NCBI GenBank assembly: GCA_038087875.1
Contig: CM075983.1
Span: forward strand, 25,110,001-25,174,000
DNA: 64,000 nt
Direction: 5' to 3'
Source: Malacoraja senta
Lineage: Eukaryota
A program made the position numbers and the translations under genes. The notes beneath the pieces are model-generated. The model was not told where the DNA came from and ran no database searches. It worked only from the letters and a program-made list of their open reading frames with translations. Shown here piece after piece: positions 1 through 11,604 of the stretch; the stretch's first letter is position 1, and each line of letters starts with the position of its first letter.

Positions 1-616
1 GGCAACCAGAACGGAGAACACTGATGAGTTGCCTATTTGAGCAGCAACTTCCTCTACTGTTCGCGTAGGGTAGTGCGGGTGTTTGATAGCAGTGTTGAGA
101 TCTCTGGGGTTTATGAAGATATGGATCTCCTCCTTGTTTTTTTGTTGTTGCAACCACCATGGTGTCAGATGGGTTGGTAACTTCAGCAATAACACCCATG
201 GAGACCATCCGCTTGAGTTTATTGTGTACTCTGTCACGCATGGCATGCGGAACACTATGTGGTGCTTGGACCACAGAAGTGATGTTGGGATCAACAACAA
301 TGTGGTATTTGAGGGGCAACTTGCCAAGCTCTTTGTTAAACAGTTATTTTTATTGAGAGAGTACTTGCTTAGTGGGTCCCTCAGCGAGAAAGAGTTGATG
401 GACAGCGCCACCAAAGTATACCAGGCCTAGATCGTGGCATGCATTGATACCGAGCAAAGTCTCTGAATACCCCTTGACGATATAAAACTTTAGGGTATGG
501 GGCTGCGTGTCTATGGTCCATTTTAAATTAGTCTGTCCTAGTGGGTGTAGAACATCTCCCCCGTAGGCCCGAAGAATGGCCGAGGCCTTTTCAATACGTT
601 CTGCATTACGTATTTT

Positions 617-1666
617 TTAAAAGTCTGATAACAAGATGACATTGCATTTTGCGTCCGTATCAACCTTGGCGATCACAGTTCTGTTATTCACAAGCATGGT
701 TACTTCAGGGTCAAGTTGCTCGTTAGACGAAGGGTGGAGAGAGTGGATGGCTGAACTGTTATCTGTACTTTCAGAGAGCTGAGCGGGGGATGGCAAGTCA
801 GGCTCTTGGTATTCGTTATCAGCAAGCTCATGTTGTAACAGGTGCAGGCTTGTCCTTGGGACGGACTGAGTTGCATGGGAACGGCAACATCTAGCAAAGT
901 GGTTTAATTTCTTGCAGAAATTACACGTTTTACCATAAGCAATACAGAACTGTCGACCCATAGCATGAAAATTGTTGCAATTAGGACATCGAGCAGCAGA
1001 TGATCTCTGCTGCCAGGCCGGGGAGGGCTGGGAACGGCTGTCACGAGAGGAGGTGTCTGTAAGATTAATACTATACTGCGAACGCTGACCAGAGGTCACA
1101 GACTTAGTGTGAGAAGATGTTATCTCAGCAATCCGACAGGCATGCTTGGCTTGATTAAGTGTCAGGTCAGTGTTACGGAGCGGTTCATCCCTTAACTTGC
1201 TATCAAGCATACCTCCAACAATTTTGTCATGGATGAGTTCATCGTACAGATCACGAAACTGGCAGCGTGCAGCCATGTGTTTTAAGTCGCTGATAAAACG
1301 TTCAATCGGTTCATCAATCAGTTGCATACGAGCATAAAACTTGGTATGTTCAATAATGTAGTTCGAGGGCAGGTCACACAACTGTCTGAACTTTGCAACT
1401 AAGACGGCAGGGTCATCAATCATATCTGCAGGCACTAGGACCTGTCCATTTGCATCTAAAATAGCAGGCTCAAATGTGAAATTGTCGGCACGATTCATTG
1501 CCTCTGGGCCAGCTATGTTGAGTAATACAGAAGCACGCACATCAGGGGGGTCGTTGTGATGAACGATGCGAACATAGTGAGTGTAGTCACGCTTGAAAAG
1601 ATGCCAGCGTTCAGCAATGCCAGAGTCAAAGATCAGAGGACTAGGACAGCGAGACGAGTTTGCCAT
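617..1666 (-). pseudogene. Gag-protease portion of a disrupted Gypsy gag-pol
   Basis: From MANSSRCP (ATG at 1666): gag-like region, CPNCNNFH...C and CNFCKKLNHFARCC (CX2CX4HX4C) knuckles, aspartic protease motif DTDA (DTGA in the sister element). Premature TAA at 617; homology to the second element continues past it. Confidence 0.88.
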
Positions 1667-1742
1667 GATAGAGATAACCGGCACATAAACAAATAAAAAA
1701 AAGAAAACGTGATAAACGTGAACGGAGTAGGTAAGACTCACT

Positions 1743-1753
1743 TTCTGACACCA
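1743..1753 (-). promoter_or_regulatory. Primer-binding site complementary to tRNA-Leu 3' end
   Basis: TGGTGTCAGAA immediately downstream of the LTR; complement of the ...UUCUGACACCA tRNA-Leu end. Confidence 0.8.
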
Positions 1754-1958
1754 TGTAAAGAGTCGAGTCAAACACATATCAGGATACAACACATGTTTAT
1801 TAAATGTACTTACAGAATCAGTCTGTAGGACATAACAGTTCCTAGCAGCTACTCATACTGAATGGCGTAGGCAAACTCTTGCTAATATGAAACACATATT
1901 GGGCAGAGCAACTACTAACAAGCTCTACAACTGGCTAGTAGGAAATAACCAATCTACA
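1754..1958 (-). repeat. 5' LTR of Gypsy element 1 (~205 bp)
   Basis: Starts TGTAGATTGGTTA on minus (same 13 nt as the LTRs of element 2), ends ...TTTACA, has AATAAA at 1796-1801 (minus) and abuts the PBS. Confidence 0.85.
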
Positions 1959-2345
1959 GTTAGTAAATTTGTGGATGACACTAAATGGTGGTATAATGGA
2001 CAGTGAAGAATGTTATCAATGACTGCAATGAAATTTTGGTCAACTGGGCCAATGGACTGAGGTTTGGCAGATGGAGTTTGTTTTTGGATAAATGTGAGGT
2101 ATTCAGTTTTTGCTAGGACAAATCAGGGAAAGACTTACATGGTAAGATGTTGGGGCCCTGGGGAATGTTGTAGAAAAGAGAGGATTCCAGGTACATAGTT
2201 CCATGAAAGTAGCAACAGGGTGGTAAAGATGGCAATTGACGCTTGTATCAATTGGTCAGAGTAATAAAATCAAGAGATGGGATGTCTTGGTACACCTGTG
2301 CAAGACATTGGTAAGGCCACATTGGAGTACCATTTACAGTTCAGG
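1959..2345 (+). mobile_element. Decayed CR1 LINE RT fragment (host of Gypsy 1 insertion)
   Basis: gttagtaaatttgtggatgacactaaa (SKFADDTK-like), and gtaaggccacattggagtac (RPHLEY-like). Confidence 0.75.
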
Positions 2346-2504
2346 CCATGAACTGTAGGCCATACCAGTTGCATACCCTACACTGACTTGTCCTTCAAGA
2401 TGGCAGCGGCAGGATATGGAGGAGAAGATCTGGTGTGTGGGCTGAGGACTTGCCTCCTGCACCCTCGGAGGAGCTCCGGGGGTTCCAAGGGCAGTTGTTT
2501 GAAT

Positions 2505-2940
2505 GAAGTTTGAATGAATGAATGAAGTTTGAATGAATAGGTTTATTGGCCAAGTATTCACATACAAGGAATTTCCCTTGGTGCTCCACCCACAAGTGAC
2601 AACATGACATACAGTGACAATTAAGATTGATACATTAAACATTAATAATAGAACATTATTGATTAAACATGTGAATTAAATAAAATACCAGAGTAAAAGG
2701 AGGCTACAGATTTTTGGTTATTGAGTAGAGCTACTACTAGTGGAAAAAAGCTATTTTTATGTCTGGCCATGGCAGCTTTGACTGTCTGGAGTCGCCTTCC
2801 AGAGGGAAGTGATTCAAAGTGATTGTGGCTAGGGTGAGAGGGGTCGGAGATGATCTTACCCGCTTGCTTCCTGGCCCTTGCAGTGTACAGTTCGTCAATG
2901 GAGGGAAGGTTGCAGCCAATAACCTTCTCAGCTTGATGAC
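2505..2940 (-). mobile_element. Rex1/Babar-type LINE 3' fragment
   Basis: (GAAT)n tail plus AATAAA on minus; decayed KLRRLLAATFPP...NHFPLEGDSR resembles the Rex/Babar C-terminus seen at 49534-49842. Confidence 0.7.
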
Positions 2941-3389
2941 AACCTGATGCACGTTAGCAGAGCGCTGGCTGCGGGAGGTGAGGGGACTATACGTTTGCAG
3001 GTCGAGGTCTAGGCAGAGTGGGCTGCTAGAGGTCTTGAGGCAGTCGGTTCATCGCATGGATCGAGTGCCACATGGATCGGGTGCCACAGAGGCTGAGCAC
3101 AGGGATTGCAGGGCCTGCGGTGGCACAGAGCGACGAGGAGTGATGGAGAACACCATCTCCAGGCCAGACCGACCCCTGCAACACCAACACATTGCCACCA
3201 CCAGGACAACGTTTGGGCCTTTAAGGTCAAGATAACTCTATATTTTAAAGAAGTTGAAATTTGAAGAGTACAAGATGGTACTGGAAATGTGGTGGCTCTT
3301 TGTGTACTGCCTCGGTGAAGTCGACTGTTCCTATCCTGCAACTGTCGCACTTTTTGTACTTATTTATGACTGCGCTTATGTACAGTATG

Positions 3390-4090
3390 AGTGTGTATGT
3401 GTGCGCGTGCGTGTGTGTGTGTTCACATCTGCTCTGAAAAACCACACTCTTATGGTAAAATGTTTACATATTCTTGGAGAGTTTTATCTGGTGGAGTCCA
3501 AAATCCCAAACTTACCTGAAAAATTCATGCTTTATCTCTCGAGATATTTATGAAAATGTTCACAAATTTCAAATAACTCAGAAAATAAACGAGATGGGCG
3601 AGTGACGTCACCACCCCCCTGTACTCGCACCCTGAAGCCTGAATGAAGCCTGCAGCCTGAAACCTGCAGACAGAAGCTGCAAACGGGAGCGTTCGGGAAT
3701 CAGCCCTCCTCTGTGACAACCCCTCCCCCCCCTACCCGGGCTCTGGATTGAAGCCGCTGAAGTCCTTTGGTTGACGCACGCCCCACTGCCTGATCCCCGC
3801 TCCCTTCCTCCTCTACCCCCTACTCCACCTCTTCCCCCCATCTTTCCCCCCCTCTATCCCCTCCTCTATCCCCTCCCCTCTCCTCCTCTCTTTCCCCACC
3901 CCTCTTCAGTGAATAGGCGGGGATTGGCCAAAAGGAGCCAATGAATAATATTAATATAATATCAAGAGGGGTGGTTAGTGTGTGTGGGGTGGTTAGTGTG
4001 TGTGTGAGAGACGCTGCAGGAGGCCCCCCCCCCCCCCCCCCGCAACCGCACATTGAGGGGACCGGACCCAATGGGTCCCACTTGGTCTAG
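3390..4090 (+). mobile_element. Non-autonomous Helitron, copy 1 (5' end missing)
   Basis: 3' hairpin GGACCC-AAT-GGGTCC (4064-4078) then CACTTGGT-CTAG (4087-4090). Subterminal blocks (tcacatct...ggtaaaatgtttacatatt; aataatattaatataatatcaag) are shared with copy 3. Confidence 0.82.
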
Positions 4091-4907
4091 TAACTATTAA
4101 AACTCTGATCGCGCGCGTGCGTGTGTGGTTTTCCTGTAGAAATTGCCTCATCTGAAAAATGCATGCATTATTTATCGATTTATAAATTAAAATGTGAAAG
4201 GACGCTGTGTTCACGTGCTGCCAGTGACATTGCCCGGCTGCCCGCTTGCAGCGGCCGCGCCCTCCTCGCTCGGGGTCCTCGGGTCCATGACCACCTGCCT
4301 GCTGCCTCCCTCCAGTCCACGTCTGCCCGTAGCTCTCTCCCTGTCTCCGCCCTCTCCCTGTCTCCGCCCTCTCCCTGTCTCTGCCCTCTCCCTGTCTCCG
4401 CCCTCTCTCTCTCTCTCTCCCCTCTTCCTGTCTCCGCCCTCTCTCTCTCTCTGCCCTCTCTCTCTGCCCTCTCTCTCTCTGCCCTCTCTCTCTGCCCTCT
4501 CTCTCTCTGCCCTCTCTCTCTCTCTGCCCTCTCTCTCCTCCTCTGCCCCCCCTCTCTCTGCTCCCTCTCTCTCTCTCTGCCCCCTCTCTCTCTGCCCTCT
4601 CTCTGCCCTCTCTCTCTCTGCCCTCTCTCTCTCTGCCCTCTCTCTCTATCCCCCCTCTCCCTCTCTAGCCGTGCCTGCGCAGTTGGGGGATATGCATGAG
4701 TGGATAGGGCAGGGAATGGGGTAAAAGTAGCGAATGAATAATATTAATATAATATCAAGAGGGGGGGGTTCGTGTGTATGTGTGTGTGGGGGGTGGTTAG
4801 TTTGTGTGTGTGTGGGGGGTTAGTGTGTGTGGGGGGTGGTTAGTTTGTGTGTGTGTGGGGTGGTTAGTGTGTGTGGGGGGTGGTTGGTTTGTGTGTGTGA
4901 TGCCGCA
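4091..4907 (+). mobile_element. Non-autonomous Helitron, copy 2 (3' end truncated)
   Basis: Starts TAACTATTAAAACTCTGATC (copy 3 5' end is TCTCTATACTTATAAAACTCTGATC). CT/CTGCC microsatellite core, and block ctctagccgtgcctgcg...aataatattaatataatatcaag shared with copy 3. Confidence 0.8.
4330..4665. repeat. (CT)nGCC low-complexity tract inside Helitron 2
   Basis: Seen directly. Confidence 0.9.
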
Positions 4908-4982
4908 GTGTGTAATCAGGATCAAACCTAGTTCTCTGGCACAAGAAGGCAGCAACTCTACCATTGCACCACTGTGCCACCC
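4908..4982 (-). mobile_element. HE1-like SINE head fragment
   Basis: Reverse complement resembles the tRNA-derived head of the SINE at 6548. Confidence 0.65.
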
Positions 4983-6547
4983 TAAGTGTTAGTAAAATAG
5001 AAAGGAGAGCATTAGTTTTAAAGGGGTTAGGAGCCAGGGTCATCTTTATCAACATGAGAAAGGCATGATTAGTGCAACTCTGGCATTGTTTCAAATATCT
5101 AAATAACACATCAAGCCATGACCTATAATTATTCTGTGGCTGATCATTGAATATAAATATTGCAAACACATCATGTGAGAGCATCTCTTTTTGCCAAACA
5201 TACTGTTTACATTTGTTGCAATATTTTAATACATTTTCACCTGTGGAACTAACAAACATTAAAAGTTGTTTTTTTAGTCATTATCATTGCTATTTTATCA
5301 TTAGAAAATGAAGTCCTAGATAAAGTTATACTCACTCTCCTCTGAAGAAAGCAATTTTGCCGTTCATCATAATTATTGTAAAACAAAGAAGCAAAATCAG
5401 CAAGATATTTAAAAGTTTAATATTACTGTTCAAAGTTATAATATTTTCTAACATGCACATGCTCAAGTAATTAATATGTTAAAAAAATGTTGGAATTTAC
5501 CATTACTTCAACTGCATGAGGTTTTTTTTCGGTGTTACATTTTCTGATGTACATTTTTCGTATAATTTACTCATCTCTATTTATTCAGTTAGGCAAGGAA
5601 AATTAGTTTTATAGACTGTAGTTAACAGTTTTGCCAGCGCTTAATATTACTAACCTGAATTTTAGAATCAACCCGTTGCTTCAAGACACTGCGAAGTAGC
5701 ATCTGGGGCTCACGGGCTGAGATTTTTGTAGTTATTTAATGAGAATTATTGAAGAATGTATTGCTCAATGTCATAATTCTACATATCCACTAAAATCTCA
5801 TTATCCTTTGCTGAACTAAAGCTTAGTAACTCCCGCTCATCCTTTTATAGGTATACACACTTGTTGGAGTTCACAAGCGATCAACAGGACCATGAGATGC
5901 CAACAACATTCTAAGATTAAATTCTACTAAATGATGACTGGCTGAGCGTTGGTGAGGTAGTTGTTCTCCACTTGCATTTACCTAGTAGATAATTCAGTTG
6001 TGGTGGTATAACAGTAGTTTTATTTTACTGTAAAATCCAAAGCAAAAGAGGAGCTGTGGAATCCTAAACTAATTCCAGATTCAGTTATGAAAAATAAAAT
6101 GCTTATTCACCCGGGAGTTTGCTTACAACACTGTGAGATGTTTGTAAACAATATCAAGCTATTTAACTTTTGTCATTTATTTTCTGTCTAAATATGAATG
6201 TTTTAACCCTTTAAGTAGTTTTAGAATTTCTGTCGCATTCTATTTGTTTTAATCTCCTTATGTCCACAATCTCCTTATTTCCACAATCTCTGTTTTCCTG
6301 CTAAAGAAACTTATATTAGTTTAACATTAAAGATGGCACAAATTTTGTCAAGCAACTCTTGTCAGGCATTTCATTTGGTCATTTTGACTAATGCATCCAC
6401 AAACTTCACATTTAACTGATAATGCCTGCAAAAGTTGCTGTGTATTTTATGCTCATTTTAACAATCAATTACAGCCACATTTTTGTATTTTGTTTATATA
6501 AATACTGAAAGAAAAATATTTGTTGGGCTATCTTCGATAAGAGTATT

Positions 6548-6862
6548 GGGTGGCATAGTGGCGCAGTGGTAGAGTTGCTGCCTTACAACGCTTTCAGCGG
6601 CAGAGAACCGGGTTCGATCCCGACTACGGGTGCTGTCTGTACGGAGTTTGTACGTTCTCTCCGTGACTGCATGGGTTTTCTCAGAGATCTTCGGTTTCCT
6701 CCCACACTACAAAGACGTACAGGTTTGTAGGTTAATTGGCTTTCTATAAATGTAAAGTGTGTGTAGGATAGTTTTAATATGCTGGGATCGTTGGTCGGCG
6801 CCGACTCGATGGTCTGAAAGGGCTGTTTTCGTGCATAATCTCTCAACTCAACTCAACTAAAC
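6548..6862 (+). mobile_element. tRNA-derived V-SINE (HE1-like), full length
   Basis: A box TGGCGCAGTGG (6559-6569), B box GGTTCGATCCC (6611-6621), V-domain-like gagtttgtacgttctc...ggtttcctcccaca, CR1-like 3' part, (AACTC/AACTA)n tail. Confidence 0.9.
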
Positions 6863-7794
6863 TATTTGTTCTGATAACAAATGGTGAGCATTACTTATTT
6901 TTGCAGTAACTAGAATTGAGTATTTTGGAAATCATTCTAGTGCCATGAGATTCTACATGAAAGTAGCCTAGCTTTAAGAGAATATGGCAAGACATACATT
7001 GTTCATTTTGTGAATACTGTAACTGTGAACTTTTGCAAACCTGCCCCGCATCAAATAAATGACCATAAGATCATATAATAAATTATATAAATATCCATAA
7101 AAATATAAAACATTATGATTCTTCAAAATTATATGAAGGAATTTGGACTGTTCCTAAAAGATGCAGTAGTTGTGACAGATTATTTTCTTCTGTATCCATT
7201 AGGTTTCTAGAAGAAATAATCACATAATTGACAGTGGCTAACATGATTTTTTCATTAAACTTGCACTGATAAAAAAGACAAAATCCACAGACTTGCCAAA
7301 GTGATTTAGGTGAAAAGAGCAAAGCTAACTCCAACATTAGCACTCTCATATCTAACATTAATAACAATCAGAAAATAATTATAAATGCAAGCCCCAAATT
7401 GCACTGGCAGATATATTGCAAAAAAGTATTGGAATAATAATCCATTAAGAAGCTGATGCCTTAAAACAAAATAAAACAATGGGAGATGTAAGTATGCGTC
7501 GGTATGCCAACATTGATAAAAATCATCAAAAACAACTTTTAATGAGGTAACACGTATAATGATGTAATATTCATAAGGGTGTAATGAAGATCAGCAGAAA
7601 AGTGAAGAATTATTGGACGCAACTGAAGTTGTTATGAAATAAATAAATAAAATTGAAATGAGACAATCTAGAAAATGGTTAGGAAGATCATTTTGGTGTG
7701 CAGTGTGTAATATCTTAGTGCATTGTAACAAAATTCATGGATTACATGAAGTGGACAGACTGAAAAGTAGAGTATATGTAAAGGCTTAATAATA

Positions 7795-8070
7795 GGTGTT
7801 TTTTATTTTAAAAATAAACTTAATTGTATTATAAAATACAAACCTTACAAATACCATGCAAAATTCTTGATACATTCTTAGTATCTATATATTCAATATT
7901 GCTAGAGTTATACCCAATAGTGTTGGCACATTCCTTTTTCCTTACACACAACATGATTCCCACTCATGTGGCTCACTGGGCTGATATCCCTTGCCTTGCT
8001 TGAGGAATGCACTCACCAGACTCGGCCCTTCAATGTCCTGCAGCAGAAGGACCCAGGAGTGTAGTCCTCT
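7795..8070 (-). mobile_element. Probable LINE 3' end relic (L1/Tx1-like)
   Basis: T-rich/AATAAA-like terminus at 7798-7815 followed by a GC-richer decayed body. Family assignment is from recollection only. Confidence 0.35.
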
Positions 8071-8470
8071 TGAAAATATTCCTGGAAAAAGATTTGGGAG
8101 TTAGAATATTGAAATCAGTACTCTACAGAGAATGGAGTTAGTGAGGCTAGACATACAGAAGAACAAGCTTAAAGGTAAGGGTGACTGTTCTGTTGAAATG
8201 GTTTAATTAGAGAGCTTGTGCAGATTGAGGAAAATACACCTGTAATTTGCTTGTGATGGGGTTCTTTATTAGCTGTAATTAATTTTGAAAATGGGTCAAT
8301 GCAGTTCACCTCATTGCACTTATGGGGTATTCAAGGTGCAGACTGAAACATTGGGATATGAAGGCTCGTAAATATAGGGGATGGTATTGAAAATGATAGA
8401 AACTGGATCCTAATATAGCAATTGAAAATTAGGACTGGTTTACAAAGATGTTAGGCTGAGAAGGCATTAT

Positions 8471-8997
8471 GAATGAATGAATGAATGAATAGTTTATTTC
8501 AGTCATACATTAAAAAGAACAAAACTTTACAATCTGTGTGAATATGAACCAACACTGTATCCATTTCACACAACGTTCACATAATCAATGACCGAAAAAG
8601 GAATAGGCTGAAACCACAAAGCTTATTTTTGCCTATCCTATACAATCCATAAGATAAGATAACCCAGAATATCAGCATTCCAAAGGAAAGAAAAAAATAA
8701 TAAAATTTACTCTAAATTGTAATCCTTACTTATTTTACATTTTAATCATTTTACATTATAATCCTTAATTATTTTACATTTTAAGGCTTTTTTGAAAATT
8801 GACAGAGAGCTACAAAATTTCAACTCATTACTAAGCCCGTTCCATAATTTGACTCCCAAAACTGAGACACATCTATATTTTACATTGGTTCTCACTTTAC
8901 ATGTTTTAAAAATACACAACCCTCTTAAATTATAATGTCCTTCTCTTAATTTAATTTTTTTTTGAATACTAACAGGAAGGCTTTTATTCCTAACTCA
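8471..8997 (-). mobile_element. L2/Crack-like LINE 3' fragment
   Basis: (TTCA)n tail; minus translation LPVSIQKKIKLREGHYNLRG...RTNVKYRCVSVLGVKLWNGLSNELKFCSSLSIFKK, a typical L2/Crack ORF2 C-terminus. Confidence 0.75.
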
Positions 8998-9567
8998 GAA
9001 AAGTATTGGCTAGCTATTAGCCAAATCACAGAGGAGTAAAATTAGTATGTATCATTTGTAAAAACCTTCAATTTTCTGATAATGATTCTCAGAAAATTAA
9101 CATTTTCAATACTGTCTAATAGATTTTTCAGTTAGGATATGAAGGGAGGTGTAGATCAGCCACATCATTCACTCCTATTTCAGGAGGGCCACTCTGCTTG
9201 TTCAACAATCACCCATCTTTTCCCAGTACTCTTATTTATTTGCAGAAGCATTGTTTCCATTAGAATACAAATTCTCTGAATAACTCTGCTAAATCAAATC
9301 AGCCTGCCTCAAAACAAGTGTAACCAAATCATGTCCACAGTACACTTAACCTCATAAAATTGGATAATTGACACCTCCATTTTATCGTGCTGCACATTTC
9401 TCATTTTTTTAAGTGAATGGAAAACATAGTGTTGATGCAAAATCAAGAGTGGCACCAAGGGTGATTTCAAATTTATCTTAAGACCACGTAAATGTCTAAT
9501 ACAATAATTCAGGAGAGGCTATTTTCATATAAAGAGTGTTTAAAATAAAAAATAAGCAACGCATTAT

Positions 9568-9695
9568 CTGAAGAAGGATCTCAATCAGAAACATCACCCA
9601 TTCCTTCTCTCCAGAAATGCTGCCTGTCCCGCTGAGTTACTTCAGCTTTTTGACTATCTTAGGTTTAAACCAGCATCTGCAGTTCCTTCTTACAC
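9568..9695 (+). mobile_element. Penelope pLTR-derived short element
   Basis: ctgaagaagg...gaaacatcacccattccttctctccagaaatgctgcctgtcccgctgagttac...cagcatctgcagttcc; same module terminates the GIY-YIG-bearing element at 59671-59801. Confidence 0.8.
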
Positions 9696-11098
9696 ACACA
9701 TTATTGAAAGTTTACATCACAATAAAACAGTTGTTTTTCACAAGTTGCAAAGACTGAAGATTTGGTAACTTTTTTGAAAGAAGCATGGCAGTTCAAAAAC
9801 TCAGAGATCACTGTGCTCAGTGTTGGAAATCATTAATTCACCTGCCTTAGTATCTCATCCGTGGAATACATCCTGGACTTACCTCTGTTCTGTTAGCCGC
9901 AGTTCCGCTTCAGTGCGTTAGGTGCCTTTCGAAGTCACAAGCATCATGTTAATGGAAGGACGGCTTCACACATGAGACCATTTTGAGTTGAATTAAAAAA
10001 GCCAGCGGAGCCTGTAGTCACAGGAGATTCTGACAACTGTTTCCTATTTTTGCACGTCAGCATCGTTTTGTCTAAGAATCATTCGCATCAGTTTGCCGGC
10101 AGAATGTACAAGGATTCAAACATGTTCTGTCATTTGTCCGTCACAAATATATTGCAAAGAAAATCGCAAAAGTCCTGTGCCTATTCTGTTTTATGATAAC
10201 ATATGATTTTACTGCTATATCGTTCTTATCAACAGTCGCACCCAATTTAACTAAATAGGACATATACAGTCATTAAAAATAAATAACAAATCGCTTTTAC
10301 TTTGACTCTCTCTAGGGGGTATAAAACTAAAATCATTGTGTGTAATTAATTCAGTCATAAATGAAATTTGGCAAAACGTCTGTCCACATTCAGAGCTTGG
10401 CCAAGCAGCAGATTACGTCTGAAATATTAATCAGCGCGGTCTCACATTTCACCATTAAGTCAGTCCAAGAAAATTTTATTTTCTTTATAAATTGTACAGG
10501 CACAGCTGCATTCGTGCACGCTTCTCTGGCCACGTTATAGACTTGAGTGATCTCGGGAGTGGGACTGGGCCATGGGGTCAGGATGCTGTGATTCAGGATC
10601 TCACAAGCAACGGAGAAGCCAGCTCATTGTGCACTTGATTTTACTTGATGTGCAACTGCACAAGTGCTGACTCCATAGTGACCATTCCCATTGCTCCACT
10701 GCCAAGCGAGTAGGTCAAGACATTCCTGGACTGAAAGACAGGGATCAGGTGTGTGGATGCCATTGAGCTTGCGGAACTCCTAATCCTCTATTATGCAGCT
10801 TAGGTAAGACCAGTCACAATGGTGCTGTAGATTTAGCATATGACATAATATAATATAATATAATATAATACACCTGAGAGATATAGGATTGTTTCATATT
10901 ATTTGATGATTCCCACACGAATCTCAGCTAATATGTTTGATGGGATACTGCTGTAACCATAGATAATGATAACAATAAAAGATTAGCTGCAAACCTTCAC
11001 AAGTTACATTAAACCCCAATGCACATATGTGCATACATTTGCCAGCTGATTCATAACAAGCTCGCAGATGAATCCTCTTCACCAGTTAAGTCAGATTA

Positions 11099-11126
11099 CT
11101 GAAGAAGGGTCTCGACCCGAAACGTC
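11099..11126 (+). ncRNA. Minimal hammerhead-ribozyme-like motif (Penelope-associated type)
   Basis: CUGAAGA, A, stem II GGGUC/GACCC, GAAA, palindromic ACGU, UC. Stem I is weak; activity untested. Confidence 0.55.
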
Positions 11127-11189
11127 ACCCATTCCTTCTCACAAGAGATGCTGCCTGTCCCGCTGAGTTACTCCAGCATTTTGTGTCTA
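11099..11189 (+). mobile_element. Penelope pLTR-derived short element with intact hammerhead-like core
   Basis: CTGAAGAAGGGTCTCGACCCGAAACGTCACC...ctgagttactccagcattttgtgtct. Confidence 0.85.
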
Positions 11190-11604
11190 GATCATTTTGC
11201 AATATAGTTTCTGATGAGAAATGTAGAATAAAGGTTACTGGTGTGTTCTATGTCTCCTTGAATTGCCAAATCAGGTGCATAAATCAATAACAATGACGAA
11301 TTTATAGCCTATCTATGTCACACTAAAACATCTTGTGGAGTTTTATTGGAGTTCCATATTTGACAAGGAGCCATTACTTCAGGAAAGTGAAAACTTTGCC
11401 AATCAATTGGACTTTGGACCTATTACAAAAATAGTGGTTTGAGGGGGGAGAGAAGAAGAGAAGAAGAAAGCTAGAAGGAAGCTGAGTGAGTGAATTCCAT
11501 TTAGCAGCTAGACAGCAGAAGGCAAAGTTCTTACTAACAAAATTAGGAGTGTGAAAAAGACCAATTTTGGAAAATACATGGTTTGGGCTTGAAGGAGACC
11601 TGAG

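Larger units (their letters stand above)
1..1958 (-). mobile_element. Gypsy/Ty3 LTR retrotransposon (Mag/K02A2.6-like), 5' part; continues beyond window start
   Basis: On the minus strand: LTR 1754-1958 (TG...CA), PBS directly inside it, gag with zinc knuckles, protease KVDTDAK, then decayed RT N-terminus (APHSVPHAMRDRV; VFSVL). Right flank is a CR1 RT fragment. Confidence 0.93.

Noticed and set aside
1667-1792. N-terminal 42 aa of the 391-aa ORF as a signal or transmembrane extension of Gag
   Set aside because: Runs through the LTR, PBS and leader; the sister element starts at the equivalent of MANSS.
4121-4724. 192-aa and 176-aa Leu/Ser/Pro-rich ORFs
   Set aside because: Translations of the CT microsatellite inside Helitron 2.
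6548-6625. tRNA gene
   Set aside because: A/B boxes belong to a SINE head and are followed by SINE body; no full cloverleaf.
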